Of a DNA stretch of 64,000 nucleotides, positions 37,700 through 48,247 are shown one piece after another. The stretch is from an uncultured Chloroflexia bacterium (GTDB taxonomy: Bacteria; Chloroflexota; Limnocylindria; Limnocylindrales; CSP1-4): positions 1,344,001 through 1,408,000 of the forward strand of contig CAWHDR010000001.1 in the NCBI GenBank assembly GCA_963828165.1, in the 5' to 3' direction. The translations under genes were made by a program, and so were the position numbers. The notes beneath the pieces were generated by a model. The model saw nothing but the letters and a program-made list of their open reading frames with translations, had not been told where the DNA came from and searched no databases. Position 1 is the stretch's first letter, and every line of letters starts with the position of its first letter.

Positions 37700-39730
37700 C
37701 TACCGCAGGCGCCAGACGCTGACCCCCTCGGCGTCGTAGACGGTCTCGAACAACGGGCTCGCCGCGAAGTCGGTCGGCTCGCCGTCGACGCACTCGAGCA
37801 CGCCGCCCGACGAGAGCACGTACGTCGCGCCGTACTTCGCCATCCGCTCGACGGCCACCTCCGGGCCATCGCAGTAGGCGGCATGCACGTCCACCTCGCG
37901 CGGCGCCGGGTCGTAGCCCAGGTTCGACACGTACGGCCCGAACGTCGTGATCCGTAGCCGCCCGGCGAGGTCCACGGGCGAGTTGATGAAGGCGTCGGTC
38001 ACGAAGACGGCGTCGTCCGGTGTGGACGTCTCGATCCAGCGGCCCGCCGCGGCCTGGGCGAGGCTCATGACAACCGCCGGATGCAAAGCATGGTGGAGCG
38101 CGATGAGCGCCGGCGAGATCGCACAGACGACAAGGGCCGCCGCGATCGCCGGGCGCGGCCAGCGGGCCACGAGCCAGGCGGCCAGGATCGCCGCCGAGAT
38201 CCACATCATCTGGAAGTACTTGTTCATGTCGAAGTCGACGTCGCTCACGCGCACGACATTGGGGACGAGGAAGAGGGCCACGAGCCAGGCGGCCAGGAAC
38301 CCACGATGGGGCACCCGATCTGTACCGCGCGGAAGCAGCAACGCGGCGATCGCGAGCAGCACCGGGAGGCCAAGGTTGGTCGCATAGAAGAAGAGGACGG
38401 CCGCGGGCCCGTCGGCAAGGCGCGCCTCGCTCCAGCCGCCGACGAACCGGAATGCGCCCTCGGCCTGCTGGCGCGAGGCGGCGGGCAACACGAACGGCAA
38501 CGCCATCACGACCGGAGCCAGGAACAGCACGGCATCGCGGAGGACCGTCCGGGCACGCCACGCACCCGACGTGAGCACGAAGAGCCCGACGATCAGGTAG
38601 ACGGCCGGGAACGCATGGAAATGGAATGGCGCGAGCAGGGCCGCCAGGAGGCCCGCCAGCAGCACGCCCGCGGGCCGGCGGCCGAGGCACGCGACGACGA
38701 GCAGGACGACCGCGACGAGGCCCGGGAGGCCGAACGTCGTCGCACGGTGCGGGAGGAAGCCGGTCCCGAGGACCGATGCGATGCGGAAGAACGGCCAGCC
38801 TTCCGACCAGGAGTTGTCGTAGGGGTTCTGGGTGATCAGACCCAGGACGTCCGTGTTGCCGGCAAGCAGGTCCGCCCCGAGGCGCAGCCAGCCCATCCCG
38901 CCACCGAAGCACACGAGGATCGCCGCGATCGTCGCGACCAGCCGGCGCCCCGTGAGCACGAGGGCGAGGGACCAGGCGACGAGGGCGAGCGCCGCCGCCA
39001 TCAGCGCGCTCGAGAGGAAGAAGACCGGGATGATCGGCACGTTCGCGGCGCTCGCCGCGATCGCGCCGTGGAAGTCGGCGAACCAGTGATACGTCAAAGG
39101 CTCGCCCGCGAAGTACGGCACCTCGGGTGGGAAGTTGCCGTGGACAATGCTGTTGCCGATCGCGACGTGGACCAAGAGGTCGCTCCAGTTCCAGCCGCCC
39201 GACACCATCCCGTCGGGGGTCTCGCGCCAGCCGTTCGAGGCCAGGATCGCCAGGACGACGAGGCCGACCACGCCCGCGACGATCCAGGCCGGGGCGTCCT
39301 CGCGCAGCCCGCGCCGCACTTCGGACGGGACGTCGGCGACCGCCGGGAACGACCACGGGGCGAGCCACGGGTGGCGGATCCGGGTCAACACCGCAGTCGC
39401 GAGCACGAGTACGAGGATCGCGACGAGGACCGCGATCCGCCCGAACCCATCGAGCCGGCTGACGAGCTCGACGAGGTGGGCCGACAGGTAGGTGCTCGCG
39501 ACGATGCCGACGCCGACGACGCCCGGTCGTGGCAGGTCCGGCGCGACCCGGCGCACGAGGACCCAGCCCGGAACGGCGAACAGCCACGGCCAGACGAGGA
39601 CGACCGCGAGGATCGGGACCGACCAGGCCAGGACGAGTCCGGCCGTCAGGCCCAGGATCAGCGCCAGGGCCGGCGTCGACCGGATCGGATCGAGGCCGAT
39701 GCGATCGTCGTCAGGCGTGGCGACGCTCAC
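37700..39730 (-). CDS. Large polytopic membrane protein, probable GT-C glycosyltransferase
   Basis: WSDL.VH, GNFPP..PYFAGE.L.YHW and DMNKY; GTG 39730 overlaps the upstream stop. Confidence 0.75.
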   Translation of the reverse strand: MSVATPDDDRIGLDPIRSTPALALILGLTAGLVLAWSVPILAVVLVWPWLFAVPGWVLVRRVAPDLPRPGVVGVGIVASTYLSAHLVELVSRLDGFGRIAVLVAILVLVLATAVLTRIRHPWLAPWSFPAVADVPSEVRRGLREDAPAWIVAGVVGLVVLAILASNGWRETPDGMVSGGWNWSDLLVHVAIGNSIVHGNFPPEVPYFAGEPLTYHWFADFHGAIAASAANVPIIPVFFLSSALMAAALALVAWSLALVLTGRRLVATIAAILVCFGGGMGWLRLGADLLAGNTDVLGLITQNPYDNSWSEGWPFFRIASVLGTGFLPHRATTFGLPGLVAVVLLVVACLGRRPAGVLLAGLLAALLAPFHFHAFPAVYLIVGLFVLTSGAWRARTVLRDAVLFLAPVVMALPFVLPAASRQQAEGAFRFVGGWSEARLADGPAAVLFFYATNLGLPVLLAIAALLLPRGTDRVPHRGFLAAWLVALFLVPNVVRVSDVDFDMNKYFQMMWISAAILAAWLVARWPRPAIAAALVVCAISPALIALHHALHPAVVMSLAQAAAGRWIETSTPDDAVFVTDAFINSPVDLAGRLRITTFGPYVSNLGYDPAPREVDVHAAYCDGPEVAVERMAKYGATYVLSSGGVLECVDGEPTDFAASPLFETVYDAEGVSVWRLR

Positions 39731-42700
39731 CCGGATGAGCCCCGAAACCGTCCTGGTCGGCGGGCCCGCGGGCCGAACGCCCAGGCCAGCGACACGATGG
39801 CCGCGACCACCCCGAATGCCAGGCCGACCAATGCGTCCCACGGGATGAAGGTCTGGTGCACGACGCTCGCGCCGGCGGGCACCGGCACGAGCTGGCCCGC
39901 CATGGCCCGGGCCGCGTCGACCGGCGTTCCGTCGACCGTCGTCCGCCACGCCGGCCACCACGCCCGATCGATCCACAGCCACCCTGCCGCCGGGGCATCG
40001 ACCTCGACCTGGAGCGTGCTCGGATCGCGGGCCGACGGCGGCTGCTCGATGGCGGTGGCGATCGTCCGCTCGGCATCCATCTCAGCATCATGCGGGCGGA
40101 TCAACGAGGCGTCCGCCGCCGGCTCGAGCCGAACCGCATCCTCGGGGACCCAGTACGGCGGCCGGAGCGCGGCGTCGTCCCGGCAGATCGTCGCCTCCTC
40201 GGCTGCCACGATCGCCAACGGGCGACCGGGGCAGGGACGATCGAAGGTGACCACCACGTCAACACCGATCGCCCGCCGGAGGGAACCACCCGGGTCGTCG
40301 TCGGTGAGGCGATCGATGAGCCGGTCGCTTGCAAGCAGATCGAGCGAGCTGAACATCCGCAGGTCGGGGAGGCGCGCTGCCGCGAGCTGGTCGGGGGACC
40401 CTGCATAGAACCCCTGGGGATCCACCGCGAAGAGGCGGCGGGGCTCGGTCGCGGCGACGGCTCGGATGTAGTCGCCTTCGGCATACGAGAAGTCACTGAG
40501 CGGGCGCGCCGGGTTGGGCTGCGGCCCCAGGAGGATCAAGGGGATGGCCGCGACGCCGACGGCCAGCGGTCCGAGCGCGAGCCGAGTCGCCGGCCAGCGG
40601 GCGGTGCGCGCGACCAGGTACACCGCGGTCAGGCCGGCGACGACCTCGAGGAGGAGCGGCCAGGGCACGGTCAGCGCCGCCACGGCCAGCTCGCGCTGGG
40701 CCGCGACCCCCGCCTCCCCGAGGAACGACGAAGCTGCCAGGAGGAGGCGGTCGAAGACGGCCGGGATGGAGAGGGCAAGCGCGGTCGTCAGCGCGTACGC
40801 CGCGATGGGGATCGCGACCGCGGTGGTGGCTCGACGGACGGCGTCGCGCGACCGCCCGAGGCGACCCACGCCGATCCCGGCCAGCACCGCCAGGGCGAGC
40901 GCCACCACGAGGTAGGAGCGAGTCGGCGAGCGTAGGCCATTCAGGATCGGGATCTGGGTCCAGATCTCCGGACGGAACGCCGCGATGATCGGAATCGCCA
41001 GGCAGATGATGGCCAGCACGACGAACGGCCGGGCCCGGCGGGTTCGGATCGCGACCGCGGCCAGCGCCAGCACCGCCAGCCCCACGTATGCCGACGCTTC
41101 GAACAGCGCAAACGGCCCATCGGGATACCAGGTCGTCGACGTTCGCCAGGAACCCTCGATGGATCGGACGAACGCGTTCTGGAACCCGAACGAGAGGATG
41201 TCGAACGGGGTCGACGCGCTCGCGAACAGGTCCGTCGCGGACAGCGCCTCGCTCCGCACCGAGAGCGTTGTCAGGATCGCGGTCGGCAGGAGCTGGACGG
41301 CCCCGACCGCCCCGGCCAGGACGCCGAGCCCCGCGATGCGCCCGACTGTGGCCACCCGCGGGGCGGTCGCCAGCATCACGACGCCCGCGGCAAGGGTGGT
41401 CAGGAGCCACGTGTTCGGGTGCCCCGTCCACGCCTGGACGCCCAGGAGCAGGCCCGCTGCCACGAGCCCCCAGCGCGTCGGGTACGGGCGTCGCACGAGC
41501 GGCACAAGGACCCACGGCAAGTAGGCGTAGGCCGCCACGAGGTTGTGCCACTCGAGCTTGGCCGCGATGGCACCGCCGAACACCGCGACGAGCGCCGCGA
41601 GGACCGCTCCTGACCGCGAGCCGGCAAGCACCAGGACCAGCGTTCCGGCCCCCGTCCCCGCGATGGTCAGGTGGAGCACCCGCGAGAGGTCGAGCGCGAC
41701 GAGCGGTGGGAACTGGAAGAGCAGCCAGTTGGGCGGGTAGAACGCGCCGATCTGGCCCTCGGCATACAGCGGATACCCAAGGCCAAGGTCATCGTTCCAG
41801 AGCGGCAGCCGTCCCTCGCGGAGCGCGTCGTGGAAGAAGCTGGCGAGGGGGAAATCGATCTTGGGGAGGTCCAGGTTCCACAGCCATGGACCCGCCGGAC
41901 CGTGGATCCGGGCGACCAGGATCGCCGCCACGAAGGACACTAGCGCCAGGGCCGCGATCGTTCCGCGTGCCGCTGGCGGCCGCCACCCGCGGATAGCGAC
42001 GGCCAGGCGTTCCGTGCCCTCGGCGAGCGGCCGGAACGGCCGTGGCGACAAGGGGCTGTGGGTCGCCGCCTCTTCGAACGACGACGGCCCACCGGGGCGC
42101 GTGGCTCCGCCGGCCGCCACGGTCGCCCTTGGCAGGCTGCCGGGCCGCAACGCTCGGAACGCCAGCACCGCCATCACCGCGACCGTCACCGCCGCTAGCA
42201 CGTAGATTCCGGCAGGGCTGTAGACCGTCGCACCGAGGATCCCCCGCCCCGGCCCCTCATTGGCGCCCGGCAGCGAGTACACCCAGTAGACGTCGAAGAA
42301 CACGATCGCGGACAGGGCGACATACAGGCGACGCCACTCCGGACCGGCGGCGAGGAGCGGGAGTCCGAGGGCGAGCGCCGGGTAGAGGTAGCGCTCGTGG
42401 ACGCGGGTCGGAAGCGCGAAGAACGCGACGGCGATGACGAGCGCCACGAACACGATCGCTGCCCCATCCGAACGTCGGATCAGCACCGACAGAGCGACCA
42501 GCACCGCCGCGATGAACAGCAGATTCCCGATCCACTGCCAGGTGAGTGCCAACCCGCCGATCGCGAGCGCCACGGTGGTGTCGTCGACGACGTGGCCTTC
42601 GGTCGCCCCGCTCGCGCCGACGATCACGACGTCGAACAACGGGTTCATCCACAGGTTGAAGGCATTCTGGGTCACCCCGGGAAACGCCTTCGACGCGGCG

Positions 42701-43495
42701 ATGAAGCGGTCCACGAGGCTATGCGCCGGGTCGTTGGGGTCGAACAGCCGCAGGCCAAATGGCAAGCAGACGAGGATCAGCGTCGTCGCGCCGGCGAGGA
42801 TCGCCAGTCCCGATCCGGCGCGGGTCGCGCGGCCAGGTCGCGCCGTCTCCATCGGGCAAGCCCAGCAGATGACGCCGCAGGGCCACGATGGCGATGATCG
42901 GGATCACGAAGCCGTACTGGAACTTGATGAGCATCGCGATGACGCCGACCGCCGCTGCAGCCTCGGTTCGGCCGGTGACCAGCAGGTAGATGGCGCCCAC
43001 GACGGCGAGAGTCGCGATCGAGTCGTTCTGGCCCCACACCGACGACACGAGGATGACCGCGGGGTTGAACAGGAAGACCGCCGCGGCGACCAGGCCGGCC
43101 CGCGGACCGAACAGCCGGCGCGCCAGGAGGAACAGGACGGCCGCGAGGACAAGGTCCGCCACGATGAACGGCAGCTTGATCATGAGCGGCGTGACGTCCG
43201 CGCCGCCGAATGTCGCGCTCCACGCCCGACCGGCGACGCCGGTCAGCCACAGGACGTACAGGTAGACCGGCGGGTAGTCGGCGAAGTAGCCGGAATCGGG
43301 CCGATAGAAGGCGCCCGGCCCGTTCGCCGCCAATTCGCGCGCCCACTGGACCAGGAGGGCGAGGTCGGACTGGTGCCCACCGTCCGGCAGGATGACGACG
43401 GCGACGAGCAACCGGATCAGGAGACCGCCAGTGAGGAGGAACACCAGCGGCCGGAACTGCGGCCACCGCTCGTCCGAGCGTCCGGGAGCGATCAC
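39727..43495 (-). CDS. Very large membrane protein: N-terminal mannosyltransferase-like GT-C domain fused to a YfhO-like domain; one frameshift near 42855
   Basis: DYPP.Y, IKLP, FNP...S.VWGQ.D and HERY in the N-terminal part. G.LPLWN....G.P..A..Q...FYP and W...VDG in the C-terminal part. Confidence 0.75.
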
Positions 43496-44778
43496 ACCCA
43501 CCAGTCGAAGTAGGTCGAGCCCATCCCCCACACGTTGATGAGGACACCGATCGCGATCGCGATGCAGGCCTCGAACGAGATGCGACCCCTGAGGCCCCGA
43601 GCGGTCAGCAGGAACAGGAACGGGTACAGGTCCTGGGCGTATCGGAATCCGAACTGTTCGCCACCGGCGTCGGCGTGCAGCAGGATCGGGATGAGGATGA
43701 GCGCGACGGACACCCACGCGCCGAGGTTGAACCAGTCGGGTCGTCGGGCCCGGATCGACCACAGGAACAGCGGGGTCGTCAGCACGATCGACAGCCCGCC
43801 CAGGTGGCGCGACTGGATCCACGGGAAACCGTTGACCTGGGCGGGAGCGCTCAGGAACAGGGCGTACAGCTTGCGTGGGATGTTGACGATGCTGAAGAAG
43901 CCATCGCGGTACTGCGTTTCCTGGAGGAGACCCGGGATGAGCGCGTATCCGGTCTGAAGCGGCGATCCGAACCGCATGTAGTTGTAGATGAGGTAGCCAA
44001 CGACCGGAAGCGCCGCCCCGGCCGCGAGTGGCGTTCCGAGGTCGATGAACCGGCGCAGGCTCGGGCGGGCTTCGCGCGCTGGCGGGCGGGCCACGAGCAG
44101 CGAACCGAACACCGTCCGATCGTTCGTCGCCTCCCGGTGCGCGGCATCCGCGATGTAGGCCATGAAGAACGGTGCGGCCAGCATCAGTGGCAGCCGCGAG
44201 ATCACGGCCGCGCCGAACAGCAGCCCGATGAGACCCGCGCGGGCATCCAGCTGGCAGGCCCGGATCGCGAGCAGCATGAAGAAGGTGGCGACCACGTGCG
44301 CGAAGTGCCACGAGGACCCAGCCTGGGCCGAGTACCAGACGATCGTCCCGAACGCGAACACCAGCGCGAGCACGAGGGCCGGGCGCCGCGCCGCGCCCAT
44401 CCCACGCAGCACGGCGTGCATGACGACGACGTTCGCGGCGCCGAGCAAGATCGACGCCCACGCCTGGTCGAAGCCAGGTCCGAACAGCAGCACGGCCGGC
44501 AGCAGGACGATCGCGGGCATCGGCGGGTAGACGACGAACGCCAGGCCGTTGAACGGGACCAACTCGTTCAGATTCCCCGGCATCTCCGTCAGGCCGAGCC
44601 GACCGTGCAGGAACGCATCGGCCAGGGGCACGAAGTAGTCGAGCTGCGCCTCGCGGCCGTTGTTCAGCCAGGCGTACACCGCTACGGCCAGGACGAACAG
44701 GCCCGCCGGGATGAAGACACCGTCGACCAGCTCGGCCCGGTCGGCGGGTTCGGATCGGCGGTCTGCGTCGAGCGTCAT
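43492..44778 (-). CDS. Polytopic membrane protein, probable GT-C glycosyltransferase
   Basis: YF..LADAFLHGRL, YPP.PA, YNY.RFGSP..TGY and QFGFRY..D. Confidence 0.75.
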   Translation of the reverse strand: MTLDADRRSEPADRAELVDGVFIPAGLFVLAVAVYAWLNNGREAQLDYFVPLADAFLHGRLGLTEMPGNLNELVPFNGLAFVVYPPMPAIVLLPAVLLFGPGFDQAWASILLGAANVVVMHAVLRGMGAARRPALVLALVFAFGTIVWYSAQAGSSWHFAHVVATFFMLLAIRACQLDARAGLIGLLFGAAVISRLPLMLAAPFFMAYIADAAHREATNDRTVFGSLLVARPPAREARPSLRRFIDLGTPLAAGAALPVVGYLIYNYMRFGSPLQTGYALIPGLLQETQYRDGFFSIVNIPRKLYALFLSAPAQVNGFPWIQSRHLGGLSIVLTTPLFLWSIRARRPDWFNLGAWVSVALILIPILLHADAGGEQFGFRYAQDLYPFLFLLTARGLRGRISFEACIAIAIGVLINVWGMGSTYFDWWV

Positions 44779-44836
44779 CGCCTCCTGCCCTGGTCACGCC
44801 GACATCGGTGGTGGCCGGCGCGATGATACCCGGGCC

Positions 44837-46147
44837 ATGACGGAGCGAACGATCCTCCACGTCGACCTGGACGCGTTCTTCGCGGCCGTGGAGCAACGCG
44901 ATCGCCCGGAATTGCGCGGCTTGCCCGTCATCGTCGGTGGGGATCCACGCGGCCGCGGGGTCGTGTCGGCGGCGAGCTACGAGGCTCGCCGCTTCGGGGT
45001 GCACTCGGCGATGTCGCTCCGCGAGGCCGTCCGGCGCTGTCCGGATGGCGTGTTCCTGCCGGTCGACGGCCGGCGTTACCAGCAGGCTTCGCGTGATGTG
45101 ATGGCGGTCCTGCGTCGGTTCACGCCGCAGGTCGAGCCGATCTCGATCGACGAGGCGTTCCTGGACGTCACCGGGTCACGCCAGCTCTTCGGCGACGGCG
45201 CGACCATCGCCCGGCTCATCAAGGCCGGCGTCCGCGAGGAGGTCGGGCTGACCGTGTCGGTCGGGGTCGCGCGGACCAAGCTCGTGGCCAAGATCGCGTC
45301 GGACCTGCGCAAGCCGGATGGGCTGGTCGTCGTGGCGAGCGGGGAGGAGGCCGCGTTCCTCGCGCCGCTCCCGATCTCGCGGCTGTGGGGCGTAGGCGAG
45401 AAGACGGCCGTGGTCCTGGCCGAGTACGGGGTTCGCACGATCGGTGACCTCGCGGCGCTCGCGCCGGACGTCGTGGTCCGGCGGTTCGGCAAGCACGGCG
45501 GCTCGCTCGTGGAGCGCGCGCGTGGCATCGATGCCGACCCGGTCCACGCAGGCGACCCGGCGAAGTCCGTCGGACACGAGCACACCTTCGATGTGGATAC
45601 CAGCGACCCGGAGATCATCGAGCGCACGATCCTTGGCATGGCCGACGGGGTCGCCGGGCGGTTGCGCTCGGCCGGTGTGCGCGCATCGACCATCGCCGTG
45701 AAGATCCGCGACTCGTCCTTCCGCACGATCACGCGGCAGCGAACCCTGCCGGAGCCGACGGACATGACCGAGCCGATCTTCCACACCGCGCTCGAGCTCG
45801 CCCGGCCGGAGGTCCGCGGCATCCGCGTGCGCCTGCTGGGCGTCACCGCGTCCAACCTGGGCGAGCGCGAGCAGCTGGGGCTGTTCCCCAGCGACGATCC
45901 CCGCCACCGGGCCGCCATCGAAGCTGCGGACGAGCTTCGACGACGGTATGGCGAGGGCGCCGTCACCCGCGGTCGGCTGGTCGGTGCGCGGTTGCCAGCG
46001 CCGTTCGAACGCGATCCACGGAACCCGCTCGACCTGCGTGCGCGGGGCGTGCCCATCGAAGGCCCGGAGCCCGATCCCGATGCCGCGATCGATCGTGACA
46101 GCCTAGGTGACACGGACCTCGACGACAGTCCATCCGACGACGCTTGA
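44837..46147 (+). CDS. dinB: DNA polymerase IV
   Basis: ILHVDLDAFFAAVE, ASYEAR.FGV.SAM, SIDEAFLD and AKIASD..KPDG. Confidence 0.97.
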   Translation: MTERTILHVDLDAFFAAVEQRDRPELRGLPVIVGGDPRGRGVVSAASYEARRFGVHSAMSLREAVRRCPDGVFLPVDGRRYQQASRDVMAVLRRFTPQVEPISIDEAFLDVTGSRQLFGDGATIARLIKAGVREEVGLTVSVGVARTKLVAKIASDLRKPDGLVVVASGEEAAFLAPLPISRLWGVGEKTAVVLAEYGVRTIGDLAALAPDVVVRRFGKHGGSLVERARGIDADPVHAGDPAKSVGHEHTFDVDTSDPEIIERTILGMADGVAGRLRSAGVRASTIAVKIRDSSFRTITRQRTLPEPTDMTEPIFHTALELARPEVRGIRVRLLGVTASNLGEREQLGLFPSDDPRHRAAIEAADELRRRYGEGAVTRGRLVGARLPAPFERDPRNPLDLRARGVPIEGPEPDPDAAIDRDSLGDTDLDDSPSDDA

Positions 46148-46196
46148 CATCGAACACTTGTTCGGTCTAGTGTCGAAGTCATCGAACAGATGTTCT
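46144..46196 (+). promoter_or_regulatory. Promoter with two LexA boxes
   Basis: TTGACA 46144-46149, GAACacttGTTC 46152-46163, TAGTGT 46168-46173, GAACagatGTTC 46184-46195. Confidence 0.9.
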
Positions 46197-46260
46197 GTCG
46201 GCCGAGTGCCCCGGGCGACGAGATCCATATCGTCTTTGCCCCCGGAAAGGAACGAATGAC

Positions 46261-46533
46261 ATGGCATTCATCCGTGTCGCGCCGGTCCAGGTCCACGTTC
46301 GGACGGACTGGTTCAGCGGTCGCCCGCGTGAGGTCACCTGGGGCGACGAGCGTCTACCGATCACGCACCTGTCTGCCCTCCGCGAAGAAGCGGCCGCCTA
46401 TCCCGTGATCACCGGCCCGCGCACCCTGTTCGAGGTGGAGACCCCCAAGGCGCGCCTGTCGCTGACCTACCAGCATCGATCGCGCCGCTGGACGGTCACT
46501 GCCGTTGACAGGGAGCGTCGCGCAGCCGCCTAG
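46261..46533 (+). CDS. Small SOS-regulated protein, DUF6504-like
   Basis: V.V......G.P....W......I...........F.V.T......L.......RW pattern; GAAAGGA upstream. Confidence 0.7.
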   Translation: MAFIRVAPVQVHVRTDWFSGRPREVTWGDERLPITHLSALREEAAAYPVITGPRTLFEVETPKARLSLTYQHRSRRWTVTAVDRERRAAA

Positions 46534-46548
46534 CCCTTCATGTCGTAG

Positions 46549-46581
46549 CGGGGCGGGTGCGCCGGTACCGCGCCCGCCCCG
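46549..46581 (+). terminator. GC-rich hairpin after the DUF6504-like gene
   Basis: CGGGGCGGGTGCG / CGCGCCCGCCCCG inverted repeat; no U-tract. Confidence 0.55.
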
Positions 46582-46643
46582 ACGCGACGTATCGCGGCGC
46601 GCGGGGCCGTTCGGTGCGTCGCGTGTCCACCTACAATCGGTGC

Positions 46644-47327
46644 GTGACTCCACCCACGGACGACTCCCATCGCTTCGGCGACATGACCCTCAGCGACTTC
46701 GTCGTTCGCCTCGGTTCATCGGATCCGGTGCCTGGAGGTGGCAGCGCGTCGGCGGTTGCGGCCGCGCTCGGCGCGAGCCTCGTGCGGATGGTCGCGTCAC
46801 TGTCCATCGGGAGACCCAAGTTCGCGGAGCACGAGGATCTCCTCAGGTGGGCGTTCGAGCGGGGTGACGAGCTCGCGGGTCGGTTCCTGGCGATGGCGGA
46901 CGAGGACGCGGCCGCGTTCGCCGACTTCGCTGCGGCCCTGAAGCTGCCAAAGACGAGCGATGCCGAGGCAGAAACGCGACGCATCGCCCTACGATCCGCG
47001 GCCCGTCACGCTTCCGAGGTGCCGCTCGCCTGTGTCGAGGCGTGCCTGGAGCTTGCCGGCGTCGCCGAGGCCCTCGCCGGCCGGAGCAACCAGAACGCCT
47101 CCAGCGACCTTAACGTGGCTGCCCTGCTCGCCGAGGCCGCCGCCCGGGGAGCCGCCGCCAACGTGATGGTCAACCTCCCGTCCATCGCAGATTCGGAGGT
47201 CGAAGGCGAGATGACGGCCCGGGTGTCGGAGCTCCTTTCGGCCATCGAGGATCTCGCCACGCAGACGCGCGAGGTCGTCGGGAGCGGCGAACCCGGCGAA
47301 CCGCGGCCGGCCCCGGAGCGCGGCTGA
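46644..47327 (+). CDS. Formiminotetrahydrofolate cyclodeaminase / methenyl-THF cyclohydrolase family (FTCD_C, FchA-like)
   Basis: S.DPVPGGGSASA, DEDA.AF and N.NA.SD...A......A...A..NV..NL. Confidence 0.9.
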   Translation: MTPPTDDSHRFGDMTLSDFVVRLGSSDPVPGGGSASAVAAALGASLVRMVASLSIGRPKFAEHEDLLRWAFERGDELAGRFLAMADEDAAAFADFAAALKLPKTSDAEAETRRIALRSAARHASEVPLACVEACLELAGVAEALAGRSNQNASSDLNVAALLAEAAARGAAANVMVNLPSIADSEVEGEMTARVSELLSAIEDLATQTREVVGSGEPGEPRPAPERG

Positions 47328-47329
47328 CC

Positions 47330-48223
47330 GTGTCGGACGGCCCGAGCGCACGTCGTCTCGAAGGGAAGCCGATCGCCGACGAGATCCGCGCAGCGGTCGC
47401 CGAAGACGTCGTCGCATTCACCCAGGAGCAGGGCCGACCGCCCGGCCTCGCCGTCGTCATCGTCGGGCGCGACGCGCCCTCCACGGTCTATCTCGAGCAG
47501 ATCATCCGCGGCTGCGCCAAGGTCGGGATCGACGCACGCTTCGTGGAGCTGGAAGGCGAAGCGACCGAAGTGTCCGTCGTCGACACGATCCGAGAGCTCA
47601 ACGCCGATCCCCGCGTCGACGGGGTCATCGTCCAGATGCCGCTACCGCCGACGATCCGCCTGCGCTCCGTCATCGACGCCATCGATCCGGACAAGGACAT
47701 CGACGGCATCCACCCGCTCAATGCGGGGCTGCTGCGTCTCGGGTACGACGGGTTCCTGCCGGCGACGGCCCACGCCTCGGTCGAGATCCTGCGACGCTCC
47801 GGCATCGAGATCGCGGGTCGCGATGCCGTGGTCATCGGTCGCTCGGCGGTCGTCGGCATGCCGGCGGCGTTCCTGCTCGTGAAGGAGGACGCCACGGTCA
47901 CGGTCTGCCACCGGCGGACGCGCGACCTTGCCGCGAGGACCCGGGAGGCCGACATCGTCATCGTGGCCGCGGGGCACCCAGGCCTCGTCACCGGTGAGAT
48001 GCTGAAGCCGCGTGCCGTCGTCGTCGATGTCGGCATCAATATCGTGGACGGGCGGATCGTCGGCGACGTAGAGTTCGAGTCCGCCGCGCGCGTCGCGAGT
48101 GCCATCACGCCGGTGCCCGGTGGCGTCGGCCCGTTGACCAACGCCCTGCTCCTGACCCATCTCATCCGCGCCGCCGAACGGCACGCGGGCGCGACCGAAC
48201 CGGCTCCGGCCGCCGGGCGCTGA
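47330..48223 (+). CDS. folD: Methylene-THF dehydrogenase/cyclohydrolase
   Basis: GVIVQMPLP, KDIDGIHP.N.G, GRS..VG.P and TPVPGGVGPLT. Confidence 0.95.
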   Translation: MSDGPSARRLEGKPIADEIRAAVAEDVVAFTQEQGRPPGLAVVIVGRDAPSTVYLEQIIRGCAKVGIDARFVELEGEATEVSVVDTIRELNADPRVDGVIVQMPLPPTIRLRSVIDAIDPDKDIDGIHPLNAGLLRLGYDGFLPATAHASVEILRRSGIEIAGRDAVVIGRSAVVGMPAAFLLVKEDATVTVCHRRTRDLAARTREADIVIVAAGHPGLVTGEMLKPRAVVVDVGINIVDGRIVGDVEFESAARVASAITPVPGGVGPLTNALLLTHLIRAAERHAGATEPAPAAGR

Positions 48224-48247
48224 TCCCGCCCACGATCGAGGAGATCG

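Noticed and set aside
46534-46643. ZTP or THF riboswitch before the cyclodeaminase-folD-fhs genes
   Set aside because: No consensus elements found; only a hairpin and a -10 element 6 nt before the GTG.
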